From assembly GCA_963786105.1 (NCBI GenBank), contig CAWAXX010000018.1:128001-192000 (forward strand): a stretch of DNA of 64,000 bases, in the 5' to 3' direction. The translations under genes were made by a program, and so were the position numbers. Below are positions 29,294 to 39,506 of this stretch, piece after piece. The notes beneath the pieces were generated by a model, which was not told the DNA's origin, did not search any database, and was given only the letters and a program-made list of their open reading frames with translations. Every line of letters begins with the position of its first letter. Position 1 is the stretch's first letter. Source of the stretch: Vulcanimicrobiota bacterium (GTDB taxonomy: Bacteria > Vulcanimicrobiota > Vulcanimicrobiia > Vulcanimicrobiales > Vulcanimicrobiaceae).

Positions 29294-30247
29294 GTGCCGA
29301 AGAAATCGCGCGCTCGCCGTCGACGCCAACCCCTCATTCTCGCGTTCCTAGCGGTCGTCGCGATCGCGGCAGTGACCGGATGGTGGTTGCTGACCCCTCG
29401 GACCAAGAGTCCGCCGCCGAATCGCGTCGCAACGCTTCCCGTCGAAACCCCGGCGACGGAAACGCCGCTTGCCGTCGAGACCGAATCTCCTTCGCCCGAG
29501 CCTACGACGACATCGTTGCCGACCGCACCGCCGACCGCTATGCCAGCGTTGCCGCGCGTCTCGCCCAGCCTCCAACCCGGCGGACCTCGGCTGGCTTTGA
29601 TCGTCGATGATTGCGGCCAATGGATCGACACCGAACGCGGATTCGTTGCCCTCGACGTACCGCTAACGCTCTCCGTGTTGCCCGACGTGCACTATACCGC
29701 GACCATCGCGCGCGAGGCGGCCGACTCCGGCAAAGGCGTGATGCTGCACCTTCCGATGGAAACCGTTTCGGGTCTCGACCCGGGGCCCGGAAAGATTACC
29801 ACCGAGATGTCCGATGCACAGATCGACGCGCAGGTTGAAGACGACCTTTCACAAGTACCGCTGGCGCGCGGCGTCAACAATCATGAAGGCAGCAAAGGCT
29901 CGGCCGACCCGCGCGTCATGCGCGACGTCATCGGAGTGCTCGCGAAACACGGCGTGTTCTTCGTCGACTCGCGAACGAGTTCGGCCTCCGTCGGGGAGCA
30001 GACGGCGCAGGCAGCCGGCGTGCCGACCGCAGCCCGCGACGTGTTCCTCGACAACCAGGCGTCCGTCGCATACACCGAAGCGCAGCTACGTGCGGCAGCG
30101 GAGATTGCGAAACGCACGGGCAGCGCCATCGCGATCGGCCACCCGCGCCCAACCACCCTCGCGGCGGTACGCGCGCTGATCCCCGAGCTTCAGGCGTCGG
30201 GTATCCAGTTCGTGCTGGCGCAAGACCTAGTGTCCGAAAAGCCCTGA
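29294..30247 (+). CDS. Divergent polysaccharide deacetylase (YibQ-like)
   Basis: LIVDDCG, MLHLPME, GVNNHEGS, FVDSRT, RDVFLD and IAIGHP motifs. Confidence 0.9.
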   Translation: MPKKSRARRRRQPLILAFLAVVAIAAVTGWWLLTPRTKSPPPNRVATLPVETPATETPLAVETESPSPEPTTTSLPTAPPTAMPALPRVSPSLQPGGPRLALIVDDCGQWIDTERGFVALDVPLTLSVLPDVHYTATIAREAADSGKGVMLHLPMETVSGLDPGPGKITTEMSDAQIDAQVEDDLSQVPLARGVNNHEGSKGSADPRVMRDVIGVLAKHGVFFVDSRTSSASVGEQTAQAAGVPTAARDVFLDNQASVAYTEAQLRAAAEIAKRTGSAIAIGHPRPTTLAAVRALIPELQASGIQFVLAQDLVSEKP

Positions 30248-30280
30248 TTTATTCCAGATCGAGAAGACGAGGGCCGAGGT

Positions 30281-30655
30281 TTACTGTTCGGCGCTGAGCC
30301 AGCGTTCGGCCCAGCGCCCTAGCGCGTCAAGCGGCTCCCGCAGCTCGCGGCCACGGCAGGTCAGCTCGTATTGCACGCGCACGGGCGATTCCGGCAGAAC
30401 GTCGCGGCGAATGATCCCGACCGCTTCGAGCTCGCGAAGGCGTTCGGTTAGCAGACGGTCCGAGATGCCCGGAATCGCAGCCAGCAGCTCGTTGAATCGC
30501 CGTGGTCCGGGTAAAAGGACACGAATAATCGCTCCGGTCCACCGCCGGCCGATCAGTTCGACGGCGCGATGAAACCGTGGACAGAGGCTTTCCGAGGCCT
30601 CGGCCGGTTCCGCCTCGGATTCTGGCTTATTATCTATTGCCTGGTTACTTGACAT
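30281..30655 (-). CDS. HxlR-family transcriptional regulator
   Basis: CP....ELIGRRW, RRFNEL, GISDRLL.ERLRELE motifs. Confidence 0.9.
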   Translation of the reverse strand: MSSNQAIDNKPESEAEPAEASESLCPRFHRAVELIGRRWTGAIIRVLLPGPRRFNELLAAIPGISDRLLTERLRELEAVGIIRRDVLPESPVRVQYELTCRGRELREPLDALGRWAERWLSAEQ

Positions 30656-30677
30656 AAGTTATAATGCACAGTACGCT
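30647..30677 (+). promoter_or_regulatory. Promoter for doxX with overlapping palindrome
   Basis: TTGACA (30649-54), 17 nt spacer, TACGCT; ACTT-N5-AAGT palindrome at 30647-30659. Confidence 0.55.
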
Positions 30678-30731
30678 ACTGTAGCTTACCCTATGTGGGG
30701 TTACTAATGCAAGATAAGGATTTTAAGCAGC

Positions 30732-31238
30732 ATGAGCCTGGCGCTTCTCATCGTTCGCCTCATTGTCGGTCTGGGCATTGCCGTCCACGGCTCCCAGAAG
30801 CTCTTCGGCTGGTTTGGCGGGTACGGCCTCGCTGGGACCGGCGGCTTCTTTGAGGGCCTCGGCTTTCGACCCGGACCGCTGTTCGCGCTTGCAGCCGGTC
30901 TCGGCGAGACCGCTGGCGGCGTTCTCTTGGTCCTCGGGCTGGGCGGACCCATTGGGCCCGCGATCGTCGTAATGGTCATGCTGGTGGCCATCTTCGCGGT
31001 GCACATCAGCAAGGGTTTTTTGAACCAGAACGGCGGTTGGGAGCTGCCCGTGCTGTACGTCGCCGCGGTGCTTGGGTTGGCCTTTACCGGGCCTGGCGCG
31101 TATTCGCTCGACCGCGTCTTGGGGATCTCAATCCTCAGCGCCGAGAGCCAAGTCTGGTACGCACTCGCTGCCGCCGCCGTTCTCGCAGCGCTGAACTTGC
31201 TGGCTCGCCGGCCCGTCAAAGCGGCAGCCACGACCTAG
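30732..31238 (+). CDS. DoxX family membrane protein
   Basis: HGSQKLFGWFGG, GWELP and GPGAYSLD motifs. Confidence 0.9.
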   Translation: MSLALLIVRLIVGLGIAVHGSQKLFGWFGGYGLAGTGGFFEGLGFRPGPLFALAAGLGETAGGVLLVLGLGGPIGPAIVVMVMLVAIFAVHISKGFLNQNGGWELPVLYVAAVLGLAFTGPGAYSLDRVLGISILSAESQVWYALAAAAVLAALNLLARRPVKAAATT

Positions 31239-31708
31239 CGTCGAGGCGGTACGGGCAGCCCGGTACGTCGCGGAAGCGGCGTACCGCTCCAGGCGGGTCG
31301 GGGCGTCGGCACCGGCTCGGGCGTGAAAACGGATCGGCGCGGCGGCGCACCCGCGAAGGGGCGCGCGGACGCGACCGGTGCCGCCGGCGGCGTGCGAACG
31401 TCAAGCGTGCGGGATCCCGCCCGGTAGAGGATCTCGTCGCCTAGCGCTCGCAGGAGCGGCGCGACCGCGACGCTCGATACGTCCATGTCGCCGTCGAAGC
31501 GCAGCGCAAACGGCACGCGCACCGTGCGGCCCGCTCGCTCGGCCACCAGCACGCGGTCTTCAAACCACATCCGGTCGACGAGCATGCGCACGAGGCTCAG
31601 CGGAGCATAAATGCGACCGCCGAGGATACGTGCGTGCACGTAAACCGCAAGCCTTCGGCCGTCGACCGTCACCGTGACCGGAGGCGGTGGTGGGAATACG
31701 GGCACCAT
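31235..31708 (-). CDS. Hypothetical protein (copper amine oxidase N-terminal-like)
   Basis: VTVDGR...GGRIYAPL pattern; Pro-rich tail. Confidence 0.5.
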   Translation of the reverse strand: MVPVFPPPPPVTVTVDGRRLAVYVHARILGGRIYAPLSLVRMLVDRMWFEDRVLVAERAGRTVRVPFALRFDGDMDVSSVAVAPLLRALGDEILYRAGSRTLDVRTPPAAPVASARPFAGAPPRRSVFTPEPVPTPRPAWSGTPLPRRTGLPVPPRR

Positions 31709-31727
31709 GCACGATATACCGCGTCGA

Positions 31728-32519
31728 ATGGGGCGATTCATTTCAGCCTTTCGCGACGGCGCGTTACGGTTTTCACGTGACGGTTGCGCGTTTCTCGCGC
31801 AGTCGATCGCCTTCAACGCGCTTTTCGCGACATTTCCTTTGATGGTGCTGGTGCTGAGTGCGGCGACCCTCGTGCTCCCCTCGGCCGAGCGTCGCACGCT
31901 GCTTTTTTTCGACACGTTCGCCCCAACGTTGCACGACTACGTCGCGACGAATTTGCAGACGTATATCTACGGCCGCGGAATTTCCAGCATTATCGCACTG
32001 CTCGTGCTGCTTTGGTCGGGCAAGAACCTTTTCATGGGCCTGGCTTTTGCCCTCGATCGTGCGCTCGGCGTTCCAAAGGGCCGTCCGCTCGTGCACAACG
32101 TCGCACTCTCAATCGTCATGCTGCCCGCGATCGGCATCCTGCTGATCGTTGCCATCGCGCTGCCCGTCCTGTTTTCGATCACCGCCCGAGCAACCGGGTT
32201 CGCCGACCCGGTCCGCTTGACGCATTTCCTGGCATACTTGGTTTCGATCGCGTTGGTTTTCATCGTGACGGTCGTGCTCTATCGCTGGCTACCGAACCGC
32301 AGCGTCTCCTGGGGCTTTGCCTTGCGGGGAGCCGGTATCGTCGCGGTGGCCTGGCCGGTTGTTCAATACGCGTTCGCACAGTATATTACGCACGTCGACT
32401 TTACTCACGTGTACGGCGCGCTCTCCGCCCCACTCGTACTGCTGCTCTGGTTCTATTTCATCGGATCGATTTTTCTCTACGGCGCCGAATACGGCGCCGC
32501 GTCCAGTTCGCGACCCTGA
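31728..32519 (+). CDS. YihY/BrkB family membrane protein
   Basis: AQSIAFNALFATFP, LYRWLP and VYGAL...LLWFY...LYGAE motifs. Confidence 0.88.
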   Translation: MGRFISAFRDGALRFSRDGCAFLAQSIAFNALFATFPLMVLVLSAATLVLPSAERRTLLFFDTFAPTLHDYVATNLQTYIYGRGISSIIALLVLLWSGKNLFMGLAFALDRALGVPKGRPLVHNVALSIVMLPAIGILLIVAIALPVLFSITARATGFADPVRLTHFLAYLVSIALVFIVTVVLYRWLPNRSVSWGFALRGAGIVAVAWPVVQYAFAQYITHVDFTHVYGALSAPLVLLLWFYFIGSIFLYGAEYGAASSSRP

Positions 32520-32575
32520 CCGGGTGCCGGTCGCCTCTACGCGAATATCTATGCGAATATCTAAAGGAGAACTCG

Positions 32576-33619
32576 TTGAAAAGATCGTTCGCGCGTCAGC
32601 TCTTCGGTATGCTTGCGTTGGTCGGCTCCTCGCTCGTTCTGGTTGCCGCCGTCGCTCCCGCGCCGACGCCGGCGCCGACACCCGCTCCGAAGATCTCGCC
32701 GACGCCGGTGGCTTCGCCCTCCAACCCGCAGGCGTCGGCATCGGTCGTGATCTATCCCTTCGACGTTCAAACCGGAGTGGATGCGAAAATCGGTGCGGCG
32801 ATCGCCGAGATCTTGGCTCAAGAGATGGCCGCTGCCGGCGGTCTGAACGTCATGCCCGTTGCCGTCGGGGTAAAGCGTGCCGACTTCCTCGACGCCGCGC
32901 GGGCCAGGCACGCGGATTTCTACATCAGCGGGTACGTGACGCCGGTTGGGGATGCGGCCGCCGTCGTCGAGCAAGTGGTCAGCGTCGAAAGCGGCGTGAT
33001 CCTCTTTTCGCAAACGGCACAGGTTCAAAGCGTGGCCGACGTTGCCTCGCAATCGCTGCAAGCGCGGGCGCAAATTCTGGCATTCGTCGGACGCGGCACG
33101 CAGAATATTGCCGAACAGACCGGCGGTACGCCGGCTCCGACTTCCACCAACGGCGCGCAGATGCAGATCCGCGGAATCAGCGGCATCGTCGACTCGGTCT
33201 TTCATCGCAGGGGCGCGCCCACGCCCACGCCTTCTCCGGTCGTTAAACCCGATCGCGGCGTCATCGTCGCCCCGGTAACGGCCTCCGGAGCGCTAGCGGC
33301 GGCTGACCTCACCAACGCGACCAACGAGCTCTTCTTCTCGATGCAACGACACTACACCGTGCAAATGACCGCCGCCACCGGCGATGTCGCGCAGATCGCC
33401 AACTCGATTTGCGGCCCCAACCGCAACAATACGATCGCTACCGGGACGCTCTCCGAAACGGTGCCGCACCACGGCCGGCCCGAGGTCGTGTTTACGCTGT
33501 CGGTGTATACGTGCTTCGGCGCGCTGCTCGATCGCGCGCCCGGAAAAGCCGATACCTTCAAACACGCGGTCGACGCTGCGGTCGCCGCGTACAGCGCGGC
33601 GCACCCCAATAACAGTTAA
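32576..33619 (+). CDS. Secreted hypothetical protein (TolB-N/CsgG-like domains)
   Basis: AAAGGAG RBS before TTG; signal peptide; PTPA repeats. Confidence 0.6.
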   Translation: MKRSFARQLFGMLALVGSSLVLVAAVAPAPTPAPTPAPKISPTPVASPSNPQASASVVIYPFDVQTGVDAKIGAAIAEILAQEMAAAGGLNVMPVAVGVKRADFLDAARARHADFYISGYVTPVGDAAAVVEQVVSVESGVILFSQTAQVQSVADVASQSLQARAQILAFVGRGTQNIAEQTGGTPAPTSTNGAQMQIRGISGIVDSVFHRRGAPTPTPSPVVKPDRGVIVAPVTASGALAAADLTNATNELFFSMQRHYTVQMTAATGDVAQIANSICGPNRNNTIATGTLSETVPHHGRPEVVFTLSVYTCFGALLDRAPGKADTFKHAVDAAVAAYSAAHPNNS

Positions 33620-34134
33620 GCCCGAGCGTCATCAAACAACCCGGCCGGCGGATCGATGACGATACGCCGCTGGGCGACGTCGATTTCGCGCACGTAAGCA
33701 CGCACCATCGGCACCATCGTTCCGGCGACCACCAACATGTCGCTAGACGGGTAATGCTCGACCGCATCGACGGCGCCGTAGTCGGTTCCATCGACGCCGA
33801 AGACCCGGCAGCCCGCCAGATCGGCATCGAGATACTCGTCAGCGGCGACGTCCAGGGTTTCACGCGGCGCGTACAGCACGGCGCCCGCGTAGGCTTTTGC
33901 AGCGTCCACGGTATCGACGCCGTCCGCCGTTACCAGCAACCGCCCCTTGTGCGGACGAACGCCGGTCACGTGCAGACGCGACCATGCGCCGTGACGCTCG
34001 CATCGCAGCTCCGCACCCGGCGAGAAAACGGTGCGACCCGCCGTCGTCGGGTCGCACTTCATCTCTCCGCGGATTCCGAACGCTCCGGAGATCCGCCCTA
34101 CCGCGATGTCACTCGGCGCCGGCGGGTTCCTCAC
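33616..34134 (-). CDS. rimM: Ribosome maturation factor RimM
   Basis: VGRISGAFGIRGE, EYLDADLAG and IDPPAGL motifs; operon context. Confidence 0.92.
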   Translation of the reverse strand: MRNPPAPSDIAVGRISGAFGIRGEMKCDPTTAGRTVFSPGAELRCERHGAWSRLHVTGVRPHKGRLLVTADGVDTVDAAKAYAGAVLYAPRETLDVAADEYLDADLAGCRVFGVDGTDYGAVDAVEHYPSSDMLVVAGTMVPMVRAYVREIDVAQRRIVIDPPAGLFDDARA

Positions 34135-34621
34135 CGTCAAGGCTTTCGGCAGCTTCGTCGCTATCAAGAATATCGACCGAAACCCGGCCTTCGGCCGTCG
34201 CGCGGACCAGAGTTCGAAGCGCGTGCGCGACACGCCCGCTTCGGCCGATCACCTTTCCGAGATCGTCGGGGGCGACGACCAGTTCGATGACCGGTTGTGC
34301 GTGTTCGTCCATAAAGAGTTCGACCGCGACTCGATCCGAGCTGCTCGTGAGTTTTCGCGCCATGAAATCGAGCAAGGCGGTCGCGCGACGGTGCCCGGCC
34401 CAGGGATCGCTGGGAGATTCGCTCTGGCGCCGCTTTCGATCGTAGACACGTTTGGGGGGCCGTTCGCCACGAGGCTGGCGCGGCGGCTGTTCGTCTTCGG
34501 GCTCGATTTCGTCGATGACGGTTTCGCTTGCCGTAATCTTGCGTGCGCCGAGCGTCGGCCGGCGTTCGAGCTCGTCGGACCCTTCTCCGAAGAGGCCGAA
34601 CTCGTCGTCGAACGCGCTCAT
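34109..34621 (-). CDS. khpA: KH-domain RNA-binding protein KhpA with N-terminal extension
   Basis: DDLGKVIGRSGRVAHALRT; lies between rpsP and rimM. Confidence 0.85.
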   Translation of the reverse strand: MSAFDDEFGLFGEGSDELERRPTLGARKITASETVIDEIEPEDEQPPRQPRGERPPKRVYDRKRRQSESPSDPWAGHRRATALLDFMARKLTSSSDRVAVELFMDEHAQPVIELVVAPDDLGKVIGRSGRVAHALRTLVRATAEGRVSVDILDSDEAAESLDGEEPAGAE

Positions 34622-34918
34622 CTAGCTACCGCCTTCCGCGCTCTTGGGTTTGCGCTTCGTCTCGGGAATCGGACCGCGCTCCATGATGCCCTTCTCGGCG
34701 AAAAGCCGGCGGACGGTCGTCGACGGCTGAGCACCCTTGGCTAGCCACTCCTTGGCTTTGGCCTCGTCGACTTCGACGGTGCGAGGCTCGGTTCGCGGAT
34801 TATAGTGGCCCAGAATCTCGATGAAGCGGCCGTCGCGCGGTGCGCGCGCGTCGGCCACGACGAAACGGTACGTCGGCTGTTTTTTTGCGCCCATGCGGCG
34901 CAGTCTAATTTTTACCAT
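34622..34918 (-). CDS. rpsP: 30S ribosomal protein S16
   Basis: [15 protein letters not shown]...RDGRFIE.LG.YNP. Confidence 0.98.
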   Translation of the reverse strand: MVKIRLRRMGAKKQPTYRFVVADARAPRDGRFIEILGHYNPRTEPRTVEVDEAKAKEWLAKGAQPSTTVRRLFAEKGIMERGPIPETKRKPKSAEGGS

Positions 34919-34941
34919 GCTTTGCTTTCATTGTGAGGTGG

Positions 34942-36273
34942 TTAACGCAGCATCCCGGCGGGCAGCTGCGGCAATCGTCGCTTTTTGCCGCCGCCGATTT
35001 GCTTCATCATCTGACGCGACTGCTCGAACTGCTTGACGAGACGGTTCACGTCGGAAACTTGGGTACCGGAACCCAGCGCGATCCGCTTGCGGCGCGAACC
35101 GTTCAGGAGCTCGGGACTGCGACGCTCGCGACGCGTCATCGAGCAAATGATCGCTTCGATCTTCGCGAGATCTTTCTCGGGTATTTCGAAATTCTTGGGC
35201 AGCCGGCTCGAGAGGCCGGGCACCATCTTCAAAAGATCCGTCATCGAGCCAAGCTTACGCATTTGACGCATCTGGTCGAGAAAATCGTCGAGCGTGAAGC
35301 TTTGTTTGACGAATTTCTCTTCGAGCGCCTTTGCCTGCTCTTGCGAGTACAGGTTTTGCGTCTTCTCGATGAGGGTGAGCACGTCACCCATCCCCAGAAT
35401 GCGCGATGCGAGCCGGTCCGGATAGAAGGGTTCGAGCGCCGACAGTTTCTCGCCGACGCCGACAAACTTGATCGGCGCACCCGTCTCCGAATGAATCGAG
35501 AGGGCGGCCCCGCCGCGGGTGTCGCCGTCCATCTTCGTTAGAATGACGCCGGTGATGCCGAGCCGCTCGTGAAAACCTCTTGCCACATGGGTGGCTTCCT
35601 GACCCGTCATAGCATCGGCGACGAGTAAAATTTCCTTCGGTTCGACGGTTGCCTTGATGCGCTCGAGCTCGTCCATCAGCGCTGCGTCGATCTGCAAACG
35701 CCCCGCCGTATCCACGACGACCGTCGAGAGGCCCAAGCGGCGCGCCTCCGCAACGCCATCGCGCACGATCTTCACCGGGTCGCCGGCTCCTCGTTCGAAC
35801 ACCGGAAGGTCGATTTGCCTGCCCAGCGTTTGTAGCTGTTCGATGGCCGCTGGACGGTACACGTCGGCGGCAATCAACAGGCTGCGCCGGCCTTGTTCCT
35901 TCAATCGCAGCGCGAGTTTTCCGACCTGAGTGGTCTTACCCGAGCCTTGCAGTCCAACCATCATGATCACCGATGGCGGCGCGTCCGCGAATTGCAAGCG
36001 GGCCTGAGCGCCGCCGAGCAGCGCGACGAGCTCGTCGTAGACGATCTTGACGATCGTCTGCGCGGGCGATAGCGACTCTAGGACGTTCGCGCCGATGGCT
36101 CGTTCCTTGACGCGGCCGACGAACGCCTTGGCCGCAGCCAAAGAGACGTCTGCCTCGAGCAGCGCAACGCGAACTTCGCGCAAGGCCTCGTTAACGTCGC
36201 CTTCGCTGAGCTTGCCCCGCCCGCCCAGCCGTTTGAAAACCGCGCCTAAGCGCTCACTCAGTTGATCGAACAA
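34942..36273 (-). CDS. ffh: Signal recognition particle protein
   Basis: GLQGSGKTT, DTAGR, TKMDGDTRGG and M-domain motifs. Confidence 0.98.
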   Translation of the reverse strand: MFDQLSERLGAVFKRLGGRGKLSEGDVNEALREVRVALLEADVSLAAAKAFVGRVKERAIGANVLESLSPAQTIVKIVYDELVALLGGAQARLQFADAPPSVIMMVGLQGSGKTTQVGKLALRLKEQGRRSLLIAADVYRPAAIEQLQTLGRQIDLPVFERGAGDPVKIVRDGVAEARRLGLSTVVVDTAGRLQIDAALMDELERIKATVEPKEILLVADAMTGQEATHVARGFHERLGITGVILTKMDGDTRGGAALSIHSETGAPIKFVGVGEKLSALEPFYPDRLASRILGMGDVLTLIEKTQNLYSQEQAKALEEKFVKQSFTLDDFLDQMRQMRKLGSMTDLLKMVPGLSSRLPKNFEIPEKDLAKIEAIICSMTRRERRSPELLNGSRRKRIALGSGTQVSDVNRLVKQFEQSRQMMKQIGGGKKRRLPQLPAGMLR

Positions 36274-36287
36274 TTACGCCAGGATGC

Positions 36288-36536
36288 CTATGCCGAAGAA
36301 CTTGCCGTGGCCTCGTCGACGCGCTTTACCGCGTCGCCGACGGTCTTGATTTTTTCGGCTTCCTCGTCGGGAATGTCGATGTTGAACTCGGTCTCGAACG
36401 CCATCACCAGCTCGACCTGGTCGAGCGAATCGGCACCGAGATCGTCGGTGATGGACGCTTCGGGCGTCACTTCCGACTCGTCGACTCCGAGTTGCTCGAC
36501 GATGATCTTCTTCACTTTATCGAAGGTGGTGGACAT
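36288..36536 (-). CDS. acpP: Acyl carrier protein
   Basis: DLGADSLD motif. Confidence 0.97.
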   Translation of the reverse strand: MSTTFDKVKKIIVEQLGVDESEVTPEASITDDLGADSLDQVELVMAFETEFNIDIPDEEAEKIKTVGDAVKRVDEATASSSA

Positions 36537-36588
36537 TACGTCTCCTTATTGACGACGGTACTAAGACGGTACTTAAACGAGGTGCGAC

Positions 36589-37335
36589 TCACATTACCAT
36601 GCCGCCGTCGATGACGAGGGTCTGACCGGTAATGTACCCGGCGGCGTCGGAACAGAGGAAGGCGACCGCCCCGCTCACGTCCTCCGGCGTCCCCGGGCGG
36701 CCGAGAGCCGCTTGCTTAATTAAGTACTCCCGGGCGGCGTCGGGCATTTTCTGGGTCATAGCGGTTTCGATGAGGCCCGGAGCGACGGCGTTGACTCTTA
36801 TATTCCTCGAACCCAACTCCTTCGCAACCGACTTGCATAGGCCGAGAAGTCCGGCCTTCGACGCCGCATAGGCCGCCTGCCCCGCGTTGCCGGTTAAGCC
36901 CACGATGCTGCTGACCAGGACGATCGCGCCCGAGCGCTGCTTCATCATCGGCTTCGCCACCGCGGCACACAGATAGAACGCCGATTTCAAATTGACGTCG
37001 AGCAGACGGTCGACCGTCTCGGCTTTCAGCCGCAACAGCAGCGAATCCGTCGATTGCCCGGCGTTGGCCACCGCGCAATCCAGTCGTCCGAATCGCGAAG
37101 CCGTTTCCGCCACGGCTTCGTCCACCGAGGCTTGATTGGTAACGTCGCACGCAAAGATGTGCGCCACCGCGCCCGGTCGCGACGCCGCGCACAAACTCGC
37201 CGTCGCTTCCAACGCGGCTACGTCCCGCCCCAGCAACGCGACGTCGGCGCCCCTCTTTGCAAACTCCACGGCGATCGCGCGGCCGATGCCGCGGCTCGCC
37301 CCAGTTATCAGCGCGCTCTTTCCGTCGAATCTCAT
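36589..37335 (-). CDS. fabG: 3-oxoacyl-ACP reductase
   Basis: TGASRGIG and YAASK motifs; fab operon context. Confidence 0.93.
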   Translation of the reverse strand: MRFDGKSALITGASRGIGRAIAVEFAKRGADVALLGRDVAALEATASLCAASRPGAVAHIFACDVTNQASVDEAVAETASRFGRLDCAVANAGQSTDSLLLRLKAETVDRLLDVNLKSAFYLCAAVAKPMMKQRSGAIVLVSSIVGLTGNAGQAAYAASKAGLLGLCKSVAKELGSRNIRVNAVAPGLIETAMTQKMPDAAREYLIKQAALGRPGTPEDVSGAVAFLCSDAAGYITGQTLVIDGGMVM

Positions 37336-38309
37336 CTTGCGTCATCCTGGGCGGAGACACCGAGCGCCATGGTCGCAGGACGAAGCATCTCCTGAAGCCG
37401 CCGCACGCCGCTATAGTCGCTCACGACAATCACCTGAGGCGCGTTCGGCATGCGTTTCATTAACGGCCCGAGGACGCCGCCAGCGCCGAACTCCACCACC
37501 ACGTCGAGATCGTACGAGAGCATTCGCTCGGCGGCATCGTGCCATCGAACTTCGTGAACGATCGACCGCACGAGATTGTGCCGAATCCCGGACACGTCGC
37601 GATATGGTTGGGCGTCGACGTTAGAGACGACGTCGAACGCCGGCAGGACAAAGTGCGCGCTCTCGACGGCCGCGGCAAAACGCTCGACCGCGGGTTGCAT
37701 GAGCTCGCTGTGCCACGCGCCTGAAACGTTGAGCGGCACCACGCGCTTGGCACCGCGGGCGAGCATCGCTTCCCCCGCGGCCCGTACCGCCTCCACATCG
37801 CCGCTTACGACGATTTGCGTCGGCGAGTTGAAGTTCGCCAGCTGCACGCGCTGCCCGGTCGCCGCCCGCGTCTGGTCGACGATCTCGCGAACGGCGCCGG
37901 CTTCCAAACCAAGGACCGCCGACATTCCGCCGCCGGCGTGCTCCGCCGCGACCTGCATGGCTTTACCCCGTTCGTCCACAACGCGCAACGCTTCGTCGAA
38001 ATCGAGCGAGCCGGCAATCACCAAACTGCAAAACTCGCCAAACGAATGCCCCGCGCTGACGACCGGCGCGAGCGTTTCGCCCACGGCTTGGTAGAGCGCG
38101 AGATTGGTGGTGAAAATAGCCGGCTGGCTAAACTGCGTCTCCCGCAGCCTTTCCTCCGGCCCATCGACTTGCAGCGCCAGCAAATCGTACCCGAGGATGG
38201 CGCTCGCCCGAGCGAACAGCGCGCGTGCTCGCGGCGAGCGCGCTGCGACGTCGCCGCCCATGCCGACCGTCTGCGAGCCCTGACCCGGGAACATCGCGCC
38301 GACGCGCAT
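37332..38309 (-). CDS. fabD: Malonyl-CoA:ACP transacylase
   Basis: FPGQGSQ, GHSFGE and VSGAWHS motifs. Confidence 0.95.
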   Translation of the reverse strand: MRVGAMFPGQGSQTVGMGGDVAARSPRARALFARASAILGYDLLALQVDGPEERLRETQFSQPAIFTTNLALYQAVGETLAPVVSAGHSFGEFCSLVIAGSLDFDEALRVVDERGKAMQVAAEHAGGGMSAVLGLEAGAVREIVDQTRAATGQRVQLANFNSPTQIVVSGDVEAVRAAGEAMLARGAKRVVPLNVSGAWHSELMQPAVERFAAAVESAHFVLPAFDVVSNVDAQPYRDVSGIRHNLVRSIVHEVRWHDAAERMLSYDLDVVVEFGAGGVLGPLMKRMPNAPQVIVVSDYSGVRRLQEMLRPATMALGVSAQDDAR

Positions 38310-39298
38310 CAGGCAGCCCACCGCCAGGTCACGGCGCCCCACGAAAGGCCACCGCCGAAAGCGACGAAGACGATGACGTTGCCGGGCTGGATCCTTCCGG
38401 CTTGCACGGTTTCGGACAGGGCGATCGGAATCGAGGCGGCCGACGTGTTGCCGTATTCGTGAATGTTCGTAACGACTTTGTCGCTCGGCATTTCGAGATA
38501 GTGCGCGGCCGCGTCGATGATTCGCTTGTTGGCTTGGTGCGGAATGAGAAACGTCACGTCGCTCTTTCCGAGATGCGCCTTGGCCAACGCTTTGTCGGTG
38601 GCTGAGATCATTTTCGTAACCGCCGACTTGAAGACTTCTCGCCCCTGCATGTGGATGAGATTGAGCTTTTCGTCCAGAGCGGCGTGATCGATCGGACGCC
38701 GCGACCCGCTCGAACGAACGTAGAGCATCTCCGGCCGGCTCGCATCCGAGCCCAGTTCGGACGACAGAAACGAGTTTTCCTCGGAAGTCTCTAAAATTAC
38801 CGCACCAGCCCCGTCGCCGAAAAGGATCGCCGTCGATCGGTCGTCTTTGTTGAGAATTTTCGATAACGTTTCCGCGCCGATCAGCATCACGCGGGCGTAC
38901 ACTCCCGACCGTACCAGTGCCGAGGCGGCGGTCAATCCGTAGATGAATCCGCTGCAGGCGATCGAGATGTCGAAGGCGGGCTTGTCTTTAGCACCCAGCC
39001 GCGCGGCGACCAAACAGGCCGTTGCGGGGAAATAGTAGTCCGGCGTCACCGTGCAAACGATGAAACAATCGATATCGCTGGCACGAAGGTTTGCATACCG
39101 GAGCGCCGCGATGGCGGCTGCCAGCGCCAAGTCGCTGGTCGCCTCGTCCGGGGAAGCCCAATGCCGGCGTTTCATTCCGGTCCGCGTGGTGATCCACTCG
39201 TCGGAGGTATCCAGCCACTGCTCGAGATCGACATTGGTCACGACGTGGGCCGGCGCGTGGTGTCCGACGCCGACGATTTTCACGCCGCGAAGCGACAT
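38309..39298 (-). CDS. fabH: Beta-ketoacyl-ACP synthase III
   Basis: ACSGF, PHQAN and YGNTSAAS motifs. Confidence 0.95.
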   Translation of the reverse strand: MSLRGVKIVGVGHHAPAHVVTNVDLEQWLDTSDEWITTRTGMKRRHWASPDEATSDLALAAAIAALRYANLRASDIDCFIVCTVTPDYYFPATACLVAARLGAKDKPAFDISIACSGFIYGLTAASALVRSGVYARVMLIGAETLSKILNKDDRSTAILFGDGAGAVILETSEENSFLSSELGSDASRPEMLYVRSSGSRRPIDHAALDEKLNLIHMQGREVFKSAVTKMISATDKALAKAHLGKSDVTFLIPHQANKRIIDAAAHYLEMPSDKVVTNIHEYGNTSAASIPIALSETVQAGRIQPGNVIVFVAFGGGLSWGAVTWRWAA

Positions 39299-39299
39299 C

Positions 39300-39506
39300 T
39301 CAGCCGCGTTCGTGACCGGCGTGCTCGTCCCGAATCTCGATCGCCTGGCGCCCCGCGTACGTCCCGCACGTTTCGCACGCGAAATGCGGACGCTTCGGTT
39401 GGTGGCACTGCGGGCATTCCACGGTGGTCACCGCACCCAGTTTCCAGTTCGCCGCACGACGGCTGCGCGTTTTACTGCGCGGAGTCTTCCATTTTAAGTT
39501 TGCCAC
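39300..39506 (-). CDS. rpmF: 50S ribosomal protein L32 (Zn-binding type)
   Basis: CPQC...PH..CETCGTY. Confidence 0.95.
   Translation of the reverse strand: MANLKWKTPRSKTRSRRAANWKLGAVTTVECPQCHQPKRPHFACETCGTYAGRQAIEIRDEHAGHERG

Noticed and set aside
31784..32575. N-terminal extension of the 611-aa ORF
   Set aside because: Overlaps YihY in another frame; an RBS and signal peptide indicate a start at 32576
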